Shown here in pieces: positions 33,351-42,277 of a stretch of DNA of 64,000 nucleotides. A program made the position numbers and the translations under genes. Every line of letters starts with the position of its first letter. The first letter of the stretch is position 1. This stretch comes from an uncultured Clostridia bacterium. GTDB taxonomy: Bacteria > Bacillota > Clostridia > TANB77 > CAG-508. The stretch spans positions 59,217 through 123,216 of the forward strand of contig CAKOVK010000001.1 of NCBI GenBank assembly GCA_934121925.1. Reading direction: 5' to 3'. Below the pieces are notes generated by a model that saw nothing but the letters and a program-made list of their open reading frames with translations, had not been told where the DNA came from and did no database searches.

Positions 33351-35000
33351 CTAATATGGTAAATTTCCTTCTATTGTAATTTTAATGAATTCATCTTTTT
33401 TTGTTCCTGAACTCGATGTAACATCTGTTAATATTCCTTCATTTTTTATTTTAGCTATAAAATATCCTAGCACTGAATATTCTTCTGCTTGTGCTTCTAT
33501 TTTTATTTTTTTCCCTGATGGATTCTTTATTGATATTAATTGAATTCCTTTTGGTATATTAAACATTATTTCAGTTAAGCAATTTGGTAACACATCTTTT
33601 CTTGCATAATTTTCTGTAATTTTTTCATTTTGTTCCTTTATTTTTTCTACTAAAGAATTATATTGTTCAGTTCTCGCTGTTACTAATCTCTTATCATTAT
33701 TAATATTACTTATTTGCTCTTCCGTATATGTTATATAATCTTGTATTTCTTCCTGCTTTTTGTTAATCTGATTTGTTGTTATTTTAGAAGCTATTGTATA
33801 AACAAGTAATAATGCTAACAATCCTGCCACAGCTCTTATCATTTGCATTTCTATTCTATCAAAACTTCCTTTTAAACTCAAATCGATTCCGTTTTTTAAA
33901 TTTTCTGTTATCTTTTTAACAGATGAAGTTTTACTGTCATTTGACTCTTTTGGTTTTTTCTCAGTTTTAAATAGACTTGATAATTGTTCCAAATTATTAG
34001 TTCTCTTAAAATTAATTTCTTTATTTCCTATTCCTAATCCCTGCAATGCCAATGATATTGCTGAATTTACTTCTATATAATCTTTTATATTTAATTTTAT
34101 GTTTTCTCTTTTTATAAAAAATGGTGTTAATATTTCGCATTTTTTATTTGGAAAGTTTTCTTCAAAGTATAAGTCTATGTTACTTATAGCTGCAGCAAGC
34201 CCAGTTATATATATATTACTTATTTCAATTTCATTATTAATAATAATTTCTTTTAGCTTTTCTACTATTCTATATAAAACTGGCATTATATCTTCCATAT
34301 ATTCATTTTCTTCTACTTGAAGGTTTCTTCCTTGAGTAGTATATATGGTTGTATTCTTGCATATTTCATATGCTTTAGCATATGAATTTTCTTTTACCAT
34401 AATGCTATCTAAAACTTCTTTCATTCCATCTTCTATTAGATCTACTCTGTGTATTTTTCCATTTATTACTGTAGTAATCGATGTATTTTTTTCTATGTTT
34501 ACAATAGCACTATTTTTGTTGTCTGCAAAAGTTGATAAGTTCACAATGCTTAACGGTAAAGGAAGAATTTTAACAAGCCTATAAGGATCTAATAGTTGCA
34601 TTTTTCCTACTATATTTGATTTATCTACATAGGCATATATGCTAGTACGCTTATCCTTATCTTCTAAATATGGTACTAATAAATTTCTATATTCTAATGC
34701 TTTTCTATTTTTTCCTGTTTCATTACAGTACAAATCGAATTCAGCAGAAACAGCTTTTTCTAGATATTTGCTGTTAACAAGACTAAATACCTGTGCATAA
34801 TAATATTTTTCATCTGATATATTAACACTAATAGGAGTTTTATAACTATAAGTTTCATTTATAATTTGTTTTATGCCATCATTTATATTATCAAAAAATT
34901 TCATGCCAAAAGAATCTATTCTAAAGTTGTCATGATCTTTAGAAATTTTAGCATATTTTATCATATTGTTTTCTATATATAATCCTAAACAGCTTGGCAT
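33351..35000 (-). CDS. pilM: PilM-like actin-fold pilus assembly protein with a C-terminal PilN-like extension.
   Basis: 549 aa. The N-terminal 330 aa are PilM/FtsA-like, followed by TM GLLALLLVYTIA and a coiled coil. Confidence 0.55.
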   Translation of the reverse strand: MPSCLGLYIENNMIKYAKISKDHDNFRIDSFGMKFFDNINDGIKQIINETYSYKTPISVNISDEKYYYAQVFSLVNSKYLEKAVSAEFDLYCNETGKNRKALEYRNLLVPYLEDKDKRTSIYAYVDKSNIVGKMQLLDPYRLVKILPLPLSIVNLSTFADNKNSAIVNIEKNTSITTVINGKIHRVDLIEDGMKEVLDSIMVKENSYAKAYEICKNTTIYTTQGRNLQVEENEYMEDIMPVLYRIVEKLKEIIINNEIEISNIYITGLAAAISNIDLYFEENFPNKKCEILTPFFIKRENIKLNIKDYIEVNSAISLALQGLGIGNKEINFKRTNNLEQLSSLFKTEKKPKESNDSKTSSVKKITENLKNGIDLSLKGSFDRIEMQMIRAVAGLLALLLVYTIASKITTNQINKKQEEIQDYITYTEEQISNINNDKRLVTARTEQYNSLVEKIKEQNEKITENYARKDVLPNCLTEIMFNIPKGIQLISIKNPSGKKIKIEAQAEEYSVLGYFIAKIKNEGILTDVTSSSGTKKDEFIKITIEGNLPY

Positions 35001-35297
35001 TATTTTCTCCTCTTTATTTTTCTTTTTAATAATATAATTTACAATTTAAATTTATTGATACTTGAATTTTTATACATTTTAGTATTTTTTTCAATTTCTT
35101 TTAATTTTTATTCACAATTATTTTATAGTATTTTACTAAAAAGTCAATATTTTTACACCATTTGTAACCTAATTGTAACATAATTGTAATATGTATTTTT
35201 TATTCTTTATTTTGCATATTTTTTACTATTTTGGAAAGCATAAAATTATTAAACTAATTTTTATTTTTTTGCAAATTTTATTTAAAATATTTAAATT

Positions 35298-35522
35298 ATG
35301 GAGGTTCTTATGACAGTAGAAAAACATTTAAAATTAACAGGAATATCTAATATTTCTTGGAAAGATGCAATAACCAAAACCATTTTAGAAGCATCAAAAA
35401 GTATTGATTATATTTCATCAGTTAATGTATTAGAACAAAAAGCCAAAATAGATGGCAATAAAATTATAGAATACTATTCGACTATCGAACTTACTTTTAA
35501 CGTTGATTCGACTCGAGAATAA
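35298..35522 (+). CDS. Dodecin-family (DUF1458) small protein.
   Basis: ...KLTGISNISWKDAITKTILEASKSIDYISSVNVLEQKAKIDGNKIIEYYSTIELTF matches the dodecin fold pattern. Confidence 0.55.
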   Translation: MEVLMTVEKHLKLTGISNISWKDAITKTILEASKSIDYISSVNVLEQKAKIDGNKIIEYYSTIELTFNVDSTRE

Positions 35523-35537
35523 GAAAGGAGTTTTTTT

Positions 35538-36002
35538 ATGAAACCAATAAACACTCAAAAAGAATACCAAGAATATGTCGATAAAAAATCACCAAATTCT
35601 CCCATATGGAAAAATTGTTTAAATAGCTTTTGGATTGGCGGTCTCATTTGTAGTATTGGGCAAATCATAATGGAAATATGCAAATACAGAGGTTTAGACA
35701 CAGAAATAAGTGCAACAATAACATCAATAATTTTAATATTTTTAAGCGCTTTTCTTACAGCCCTTAACTTATTTAATAAAATTGGAAAATTTGCTGGAGC
35801 AGGTTCGCTTGTTCCTATTACAGGTTTTGCAAATTCTATAGTATCACCTGCTATGGAATATAAATCAGAAGGATATGTTATGGGTGTAGGTGCAAAAATG
35901 TTTACAGTTGCTGGTCCCGTACTAGTTTACGGAATTTCTTCTTCTATATTGGTCGGAATTATTTATTTAATTTTTAACACGCAATCTATAACACTAGTAT
36001 AA
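35538..36002 (+). CDS. spoVAC: Stage V sporulation protein AC.
   Basis: ...WIGGLICSIGQIIMEI...FAGAGSLVPITGFANSIVSPAMEYKSEGYVMGVGAKMF is highly conserved SpoVAC. Confidence 0.85.
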   Translation: MKPINTQKEYQEYVDKKSPNSPIWKNCLNSFWIGGLICSIGQIIMEICKYRGLDTEISATITSIILIFLSAFLTALNLFNKIGKFAGAGSLVPITGFANSIVSPAMEYKSEGYVMGVGAKMFTVAGPVLVYGISSSILVGIIYLIFNTQSITLV

Positions 36003-36025
36003 ATAAATTTTATTAAATTAAACAA

Positions 36026-36140
36026 CTTGTAATTTGTTTGGTTTCGGGTGAATTCAGGACAGTCCCCAAAATCCCCAGGTTTGGTGATTTTGAATGACAG
36101 TCCCTAGAATTCCCCCCCTCACACAAATTACAATTTATCT
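36026..36140. mobile_element. MITE-like element (~115 bp) with 11-bp terminal inverted repeats TTGTAATTTGT / ACAAATTACAA, inserted between spoVAC and spoVAD.
   Basis: The internal 90 bp is about 97% identical, in inverted orientation, to 45809-45898. No ORF. Confidence 0.6.
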
Positions 36141-36160
36141 TATTATTTTGGAGGTTTAAT

Positions 36161-37165
36161 ATGAAAAAAATAGGTAGTCAATCTGTAAGATTTGATAATC
36201 CAATAACAATTTTAGAAACTGCTTCTATAGTAGGTCCAAAAGAAGCAGAAGGCCCCATGGCTAAATATTTTGATAAATGTTTGGAAGATGAATTTTGGGG
36301 AGAAAAAACTTGGGAAAAAGCGGAGAGCAAAATAATTAAAGAAACTGTAAATTCTAGTATAATTAAATCTAAAATTCCTGCTAATATGATAGATTACTGC
36401 TTTGCCGGAGATCTTCTAAACCAATGTATATCTTCAAGTTTTGGTTTAAGAGAGCTTGGTATTCCATTTTTTGGGATCTTTGGAGCATGTTCTACCTTTG
36501 TTGAAGCATTAAGTTTAGCATCTGTTTTTATAGATGGTGGCGCTGCCAAAAGTGCAATAGCTACAGCTTCTAGTCACTTTTGTAGTGCAGAAAAACAATT
36601 CAGGTTTCCCTTAGAACTTGGCAATCAAAGGCCTCCTTCATCTCAATGGACAGTTACGGGTGCAGGTTCTGCAATACTTTCCAAGGAAGGTACTGGGCCT
36701 TATATAACAAACATTACAACAGGTAAAATAGTAGATATGGGAATTAAAGATGCTAATAATATGGGGGCTGCTATGGCACCAGCCTTTGTAGATACATTGA
36801 TTACTCATTTTAAGGACACTGGTCGAAACCCAAGTTACTACGATGGAATTTTTTCTGGGGATTTAGGACACATTGGTAAAGAAATATCAATAGAACTCTG
36901 TCAAAGTGAAGGATACAATATAAAAAGCAACTACAATGACTGTGGTGTAATGATTTTTGATAAAGCAACCCAGGATACCCACTCTGGTGGTTCTGGTTGC
37001 GCATGTTGTGCAAGTATTTTTTCTGGTTATCTGTTTAATCAATTAAAGCAAAAAAAGCTAAAGAAAATTCTCTTAGTAGCAACAGGTGCTTTAACTAATG
37101 CGACTTCTTCGCAACAGGGAGAATCAATTCCTGGAATTGCACATGCAATTTCTATAGAAATTTAA
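36161..37165 (+). CDS. spoVAD: Stage V sporulation protein AD.
   Basis: Thiolase/KAS-like fold; ...FGIFGACSTFVEALSLAS... is typical SpoVAD. Confidence 0.85.
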   Translation: MKKIGSQSVRFDNPITILETASIVGPKEAEGPMAKYFDKCLEDEFWGEKTWEKAESKIIKETVNSSIIKSKIPANMIDYCFAGDLLNQCISSSFGLRELGIPFFGIFGACSTFVEALSLASVFIDGGAAKSAIATASSHFCSAEKQFRFPLELGNQRPPSSQWTVTGAGSAILSKEGTGPYITNITTGKIVDMGIKDANNMGAAMAPAFVDTLITHFKDTGRNPSYYDGIFSGDLGHIGKEISIELCQSEGYNIKSNYNDCGVMIFDKATQDTHSGGSGCACCASIFSGYLFNQLKQKKLKKILLVATGALTNATSSQQGESIPGIAHAISIEI

Positions 37166-37199
37166 ATGAATTGTAATTTACAGAAAGGATATAATTATT

Positions 37200-37589
37200 A
37201 TGGAAGATTTTTTTAATAACTTTAATTGGATTATGCTAGCAAAAGCATTCATTGTTGGTGGTTTAATATGTATTGTTGGTCAAATTTTGATAGACAAAAC
37301 TAAATTGACTCCCGCAAGGATCCTTGTTATATTTGTAACAACTGGTGCTATTCTAGGTGGACTTGGAATATATCAGCACTTAGTCGATTTTGCTGGCGCT
37401 GGTGCCACTGTTCCACTAACTGGTTTTGGTAATTTGCTAGCAAAAGGAGCTATACAAAAGACTAAAGAGATCGGCTTAGTTGGCGCATTTACCGGCGGAA
37501 CAGCTGCTGCCGCAGGTGGAATTGCTGCTGCTGTATTTTTCGGGTATATAGCTTCATTAATTTCAAAGCCGAAAATGAAAAAGCAATAA
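37200..37589 (+). CDS. spoVAEb: Stage V sporulation protein AEb.
   Basis: ...IVGGLICIVGQILID...FAGAGATVPLTGFGNLLAKGA... is SpoVAC/SpoVAEb-family. Confidence 0.8.
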   Translation: MEDFFNNFNWIMLAKAFIVGGLICIVGQILIDKTKLTPARILVIFVTTGAILGGLGIYQHLVDFAGAGATVPLTGFGNLLAKGAIQKTKEIGLVGAFTGGTAAAAGGIAAAVFFGYIASLISKPKMKKQ

Positions 37590-37791
37590 GAAAGGCATTT
37601 TGCTAAGTATCCCTTCGAAGAAAGTGCAAAATACATTCCACTCGCTTTGCTCGAGCAGAGCTAAAGAAGCCTAACCTTGTTGTATACGCAAAAATCTTCG
37701 ATTTTTCCTATACAATAACAAAATTAAAAGCTAAGAAATAAAAAACAAAGGACGACCTAAGTCGCTTTGTTCTTTATTTCCTAGCTTTCTT

Positions 37792-38905
37792 CTAAATAGC
37801 TTTTCTTATTACTCTATTTGAAATTGTACACAATATTTCATAATTTATTGTTTTGCATTCTTTCGCAATGTCATCTACAGTAATTGTTTTATTGTCCCAA
37901 ATATATACTTCATCTCCTATATTCACATCTTCTATTTCTGTAACATCTGCCATAAAGCTGTCCATACATATTGTACCAACTATAGGCGCCTTTTTTCCAT
38001 TTATTACTACACTTCCATTATTACTCATTGCTCTTTTTATTCCATCTGCATATCCTATTGGAATGTTTGCAATTTTTGTTTTTTTAGATGTCACATATGT
38101 TCTTCCATATCCTATAGGAGTACCTTTTTCCACTTCTTTCATAAAAGAAATTTTAGTTTTTAATGTGCATACTGGTTTTATTTTTATTTTATCCTTTAAT
38201 TTTAAATCTGGATAATATCCATATAGCATTATTCCTGGTCTAACCATATTTCCCGGATAATTATCAATGTTAAGTATTGCACCACTGTTTGCACAATGCA
38301 CATATTTTATTGTGTCAAAGTTCTGTTTTACTATATCAACTGCTTTTTTAAATTTATTTATCTGTTCTTGTGTGTATTCTATATTTGTATCACTTTCTGC
38401 AAAATGAGTATATACTCCTTCTACAATAACGTTATTCATTTGCTTGATTTTTTCTATAAAATGTTCGAGATTTTTCTCTTGTACTCCCGTTCTTCCCATT
38501 CCACTTTCTATTTCAATGTGGATTTTTGCCTCAAGTCCTTTTTCCTTAGCTTTTTTATCTAATTCAGAAACAAATTCATCATAGCAAGTCCCTACTGTTA
38601 TGCCATATTTTATTATATTATCTATATCTTCAACAAGTGGTTGATTAATCACTATAATTTCTCCGTTTGTAGTCCAATCCTGCTCTTAACACAATCGCTT
38701 CATCTACTAAAGCTGTTCCTATTCTTTCTATTGGAACTTTGTCTAAAAATTTTTTTACATTTTTTGCTCCAATTCCATACCCGCTCGCTTTTAATATAGG
38801 TAGTATTTCCTTATCTCCTATTTTTCTTTTAATTTGATTATAATTATAAACCATTGAATCTATATCTATAAGTAACTCTGTTTGTCTGTTTCTTTCATAT
38901 TCCAT
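37792..38905 (-). CDS. alr: Alanine racemase. The frame is interrupted at an in-frame CGG (plus-strand ccg 38663-38665).
   Basis: N-terminal piece ...LKASGYGIGAKNV...VDEAIVLRAGLDYK|RRNYSD* continues in +1 as GEIIVINQPLVEDIDNIIKYGITVGTCYDEF... The PLP Lys context is conserved. Confidence 0.8.
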
Positions 38906-38939
38906 AATAACCTCTTCCTATATTTATAACAATACTTGA

Positions 38940-39040
38940 TTTGAGTTTTTGAATGAAATGAAGAAATTCTAAACGTAATATCAATTATAGCATCTTTTGT
39001 ATAGAAAGAGATTTCTCATTTCATAGTATATAAAAAGCAA
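38940..39040. repeat. Degenerate copy of the CCGAATGAAATGAGGAAAT / TATATACTAG..GAGAAATTT composite repeat.
   Basis: TTGAATGAAATGAAGAAATTCTAAACGTAATATCAATTATAGCAT...GAGATTTCTCATTTCATAGTATATAAAAAG. Confidence 0.45.
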
Positions 39041-39090
39041 AAACGATTTATATAATAGTTTTCTATTACTAAATCGTTTAGTTCTTCTAT

Positions 39091-39441
39091 TTATGCATTT
39101 TTTGCAATATTTGCAATTTCTTCAAATGCTTTCATATCATTTACTGCAAGGTCTGCTAACATTTTTCTATTTATTGTTACGTTAGCTTTTTTTAATCCTG
39201 CTATCATTTTGCTGTATGTTGTTCCATTCATTCTTGCTGCAGCATTTATTCTTGTAATCCATAATTTTCTAAAATCACTTTTTTTATCTTTTCTTCCAAC
39301 ATATGCATATGATAATGATTTTAAAACTGCTTGATTTGCGTTTCTAAATCTATAACTTTTTGCTCCAAAATATCCTTTTGCTTGTTTTAAAACTTTTTTA
39401 TGTTTTTTTCTTGTTATTCTTGCTGTTTTTACTCTTGCCAT
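39091..39441 (-). CDS. rplT: 50S ribosomal protein L20.
   Basis: [27 protein letters not shown]... Confidence 0.9.
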   Translation of the reverse strand: MARVKTARITRKKHKKVLKQAKGYFGAKSYRFRNANQAVLKSLSYAYVGRKDKKSDFRKLWITRINAAARMNGTTYSKMIAGLKKANVTINRKMLADLAVNDMKAFEEIANIAKNA

Positions 39442-39465
39442 TTTCTTTCACCTTCCTATTTCTTA

Positions 39466-39666
39466 TTAATTTCCGTATGGTAGTAATTTTTTAACTCCTG
39501 CTTCGCATGTTTTATCTGCATAAGCACCTGGTCTTCTTGACATTTTTTGTCTTTTTGTTTTTGTAGCTAATCTATGTCTTGAGTTAGCTGATGTTCTTTT
39601 TACTTTTCCTTTTGCTGTATAAGAATATCTCTTTGCAGCTGCTTTGTTTGTTTTTAACTTTGGCAT
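39466..39666 (-). CDS. rpmI: 50S ribosomal protein L35.
   Basis: MPKLKTNKAAAKRYSYTAKGKVKR...; start chosen at the conserved MPK. Confidence 0.85.
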   Translation of the reverse strand: MPKLKTNKAAAKRYSYTAKGKVKRTSANSRHRLATKTKRQKMSRRPGAYADKTCEAGVKKLLPYGN

Positions 39667-39683
39667 TGTTTTACCTCCCATAA

Positions 39684-40196
39684 TTATTTATTATTTGGTG
39701 CTAGTATTATAAACATATTCTTTCCTTCTAGTAAAGGTTTCTTCTCTAATGTAGACACATCAGATAGTTCTTCTGCGAATTTGTTTAGTACTTGTTCACC
39801 TAATTTTACATAGTTAAGTTCTCTTCCTCTAAATCGAACTGTGATTTTAACTTTATTTCCATCTTCTATAAACTTCTTTGCATTTTTTATTTTAAAATTA
39901 AAGTCATGTTCTTCTATATTCGGTGTAACTCTTAATTCTTTTAGTTCAAATGTCTTTTGCTTCTTTTTAGATTCTTTTTCTCTTTTAGCTTGTTCAAATT
40001 TATATTTTCCATAATCCATGAATTTGCAAACTGGATTTTCTGGATTTGAAGATACTAAAACTAAATCTAAATTTTTGTCCATTGCTAAATCTATAGCACT
40101 ATGTGTAGACATTTTTCCAAGTTTATTACCTGTTTCATCAATTACTTGAACTTCTTTAAATCTAATTTGTTCATTGATTAATTGGTCTTGTTTTAT
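39684..40196 (-). CDS. infC: Translation initiation factor IF-3, probably with a non-AUG start (ATA after GGAGGTG).
   Basis: IKQDQLINEQIRFKEVQVIDETGNKLG... infC classically uses AUU/AUA starts. Confidence 0.8.
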   Translation of the reverse strand: MKQDQLINEQIRFKEVQVIDETGNKLGKMSTHSAIDLAMDKNLDLVLVSSNPENPVCKFMDYGKYKFEQAKREKESKKKQKTFELKELRVTPNIEEHDFNFKIKNAKKFIEDGNKVKITVRFRGRELNYVKLGEQVLNKFAEELSDVSTLEKKPLLEGKNMFIILAPNNK

Positions 40197-40214
40197 CTCA
40201 TTCACCTCCAAACA

Positions 40215-40470
40215 AATGAAAATCTTCGTCTTGCTTTGTCAAACTTCATTTAATTTCTTTCAATGTACCTTTGTACTATTTCAAGAAATTAAATTCGTTT
40301 TCCTTGCAATACTCGTTTTTGATTTGTTTAACATATTTAACAAATGAAAAAACTTGTTCTTAAAGAACAAGTTACCCTAACAATATTTATATTACTAATT
40401 GTCTGTAATTTAAATATATTAACCTTTTTCCTATACTTAGATAAGGTGAGAAGGGTTACTTCTTCTTTCG
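40215..40470 (-). promoter_or_regulatory. Putative L20-responsive leader of infC-rpmI-rplT with an attenuator hairpin (plus-strand 40346-40372, AACTTGTTCTTTAAGAACAAGTT plus T-run).
   Basis: Long untranslated leader with an intrinsic terminator upstream of infC. L20 autoregulation by attenuation is established in Bacillus. Confidence 0.35.
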
Positions 40471-40661
40471 ACTTTACTAATAATACAGTATTTTTTGAAA
40501 AAAGTCAAGGTTTTTGTTGACTTTTTTTTATTTTTATATTAAAATAGTTTGGTACGAATATTTGTAGGTATATATTTTATCCTATTACCCGGTAGTTAAA
40601 ATATATTCTATACTAATATATTATAAATTAAACATTTTATGATGGGAGGAATAATTTTACC

Positions 40662-41099
40662 ATGAATAATACAACATATATGGCTAAAAAGAATGAAGTT
40701 GAAAGTAAATGGTATATAATAGACGCTAGTCAAAAACCATTAGGTAGAGTAGCTGCAGAAGCTGCAAAACTATTAAGAGGAAAACACAAACCAACATTTA
40801 CACCAAATCAAGATACAGGTGATCATGTTATAATATTAAATTGCAAAGATGTTATTTTAACAGGAAAGAAATTAGATCAAAAAATATACAGACATCATTC
40901 AGGATATATTGGAGGAATGAAAGAAACTTCTGCAAGAGATATGCTTTCTAAAAATCCAGAAAAAGCAATGATGCTTGCAATAAAAGGAATGCTTCCTCAC
41001 AATAGATTAGGAAGACAAATGATTAACAAAGTAAGAATATATGCAGGTGCTGATCATGAAAACCAAGCACAAAAACCTGAAATTTGGGAGGTAAAATAA
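40662..41099 (+). CDS. rplM: 50S ribosomal protein L13.
   Basis: [31 protein letters not shown]... Confidence 0.9.
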   Translation: MNNTTYMAKKNEVESKWYIIDASQKPLGRVAAEAAKLLRGKHKPTFTPNQDTGDHVIILNCKDVILTGKKLDQKIYRHHSGYIGGMKETSARDMLSKNPEKAMMLAIKGMLPHNRLGRQMINKVRIYAGADHENQAQKPEIWEVK

Positions 41100-41100
41100 T

Positions 41101-41505
41101 ATGGCAACAAAAAAAGATAAAATAGCATTTTGCGGTACAGGTAGAAGAAAAAAATCTATCGCAAGAGTTAGATTAGTAAATGGAAATGGAAAAATTACTG
41201 TAAATAATAAATCTTTAGATGATTTCTTTGGAGTTGAAACACTAAAAGTTATTGTAAAACAACCATTAGTTGCAACAAATTCTTTAGATAAATTTGATGT
41301 TATTGCTAAAGTTACAGGTGGCGGAATTAGTGGTCAAGCTGGAGCAATAAGACATGGTATTGCAAGAGCATTAGTAGAAGCAAATTCAGAATACAGACCA
41401 ACAGTTAAAGCTGCTGGATTCTTAACAAGAGATGCAAGAATGAAAGAACGTAAAAAATACGGACTTAAAAAGGCTAGAAAAGCCCCTCAATTCAGCAAAA
41501 GATAG
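41101..41505 (+). CDS. rpsI: 30S ribosomal protein S9.
   Basis: ...[24 protein letters not shown]...[12 protein letters not shown]. Confidence 0.9.
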   Translation: MATKKDKIAFCGTGRRKKSIARVRLVNGNGKITVNNKSLDDFFGVETLKVIVKQPLVATNSLDKFDVIAKVTGGGISGQAGAIRHGIARALVEANSEYRPTVKAAGFLTRDARMKERKKYGLKKARKAPQFSKR

Positions 41506-41515
41506 GCAAATATAT

Positions 41516-41546
41516 AAAAAATCCAGAATTTTATTCTGGATTTTTT
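41516..41546. terminator. Bidirectional terminator AAAAAATCCAGAATTTTATTCTGGATTTTTT.
   Basis: Perfect hairpin flanked by A/T runs, between rpsI (+) and the nitroreductase gene (-). Confidence 0.7.
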
Positions 41547-41551
41547 ATATT

Positions 41552-42058
41552 TTAAAACAATATTTCATCTAAACTTTTTCTTTCAAAGTGCCTTTCTGAT
41601 GGTTTTGCATCCTCTGCAGGATACCCTATTGGTAATATTGCAACAGGTACATAATTTTTGGGTAAATTATATACTTCTTTTACTTTTTCTGCATCAAAAT
41701 GTCCAATCCACGTTGTGCCTAAACCTAAATTAACTATCTCTAACATCATATATGTAGTTATAATACTTGAATCTATATCTCCAAATTCTTTATTATCTAT
41801 TCCCCTTTTATATGAAACATCTTTATCATAACATATAACTAAACATACAGGTGCATTCCATCCAAACTTTGTACATTCACTTAATTTTTCTAAATCCTCT
41901 TTACTTTTTAATATTTTTATTTTTTGTGGCTGAAAATTCCTTGCTGTTGGTGCTAGTATTCCTGCCTCTATTACTTTTCTTATCTTCTCCTCTTCTACGA
42001 CTTTATTTGAGAAGCTTCTACACGAATACCTCGTTCTTATTAAATCATTAAATTCCAT
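41552..42058 (-). CDS. Nitroreductase-family protein.
   Basis: MEFNDLIRTRYSCRSFSNKVVEEEKIRKVIEAGILAPTARNFQPQKI... Confidence 0.75.
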   Translation of the reverse strand: MEFNDLIRTRYSCRSFSNKVVEEEKIRKVIEAGILAPTARNFQPQKIKILKSKEDLEKLSECTKFGWNAPVCLVICYDKDVSYKRGIDNKEFGDIDSSIITTYMMLEIVNLGLGTTWIGHFDAEKVKEVYNLPKNYVPVAILPIGYPAEDAKPSERHFERKSLDEILF

Positions 42059-42277
42059 AATCTCATCTCCTTAACTACTATATATATCACAAAAAAACGA
42101 AAAAAGCATTATAGTCGTTAAAAATTATTGGCATTTCACCCATTATAATTCATAAAATGATAGCCAAATCTATATGCTTTAAAATTTAGAAAATAAAATT
42201 ATCTAGATTTTTATATTAGGTCAATTCTTGTTTTTTTATGTAGACTATGTTATAATTTTGGTGTCAAGGAGGCTTCT

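Noticed and set aside
35200-35297. Possible sigmaG/F-type forespore promoter (GCATA...CATAAAAT) upstream of the dodecin-spoVA genes.
   Set aside because: The spacer is ~20 nt, longer than the 17-18 nt consensus, so it was not reported as a feature.
37716-37735. 16-nt exact repeat TTTTCCTATACAATAA at 37716 and 44797.
   Set aside because: In a 64-kb sequence with 28% GC, several 16-mer coincidences are expected by chance. There is no extended similarity around them.
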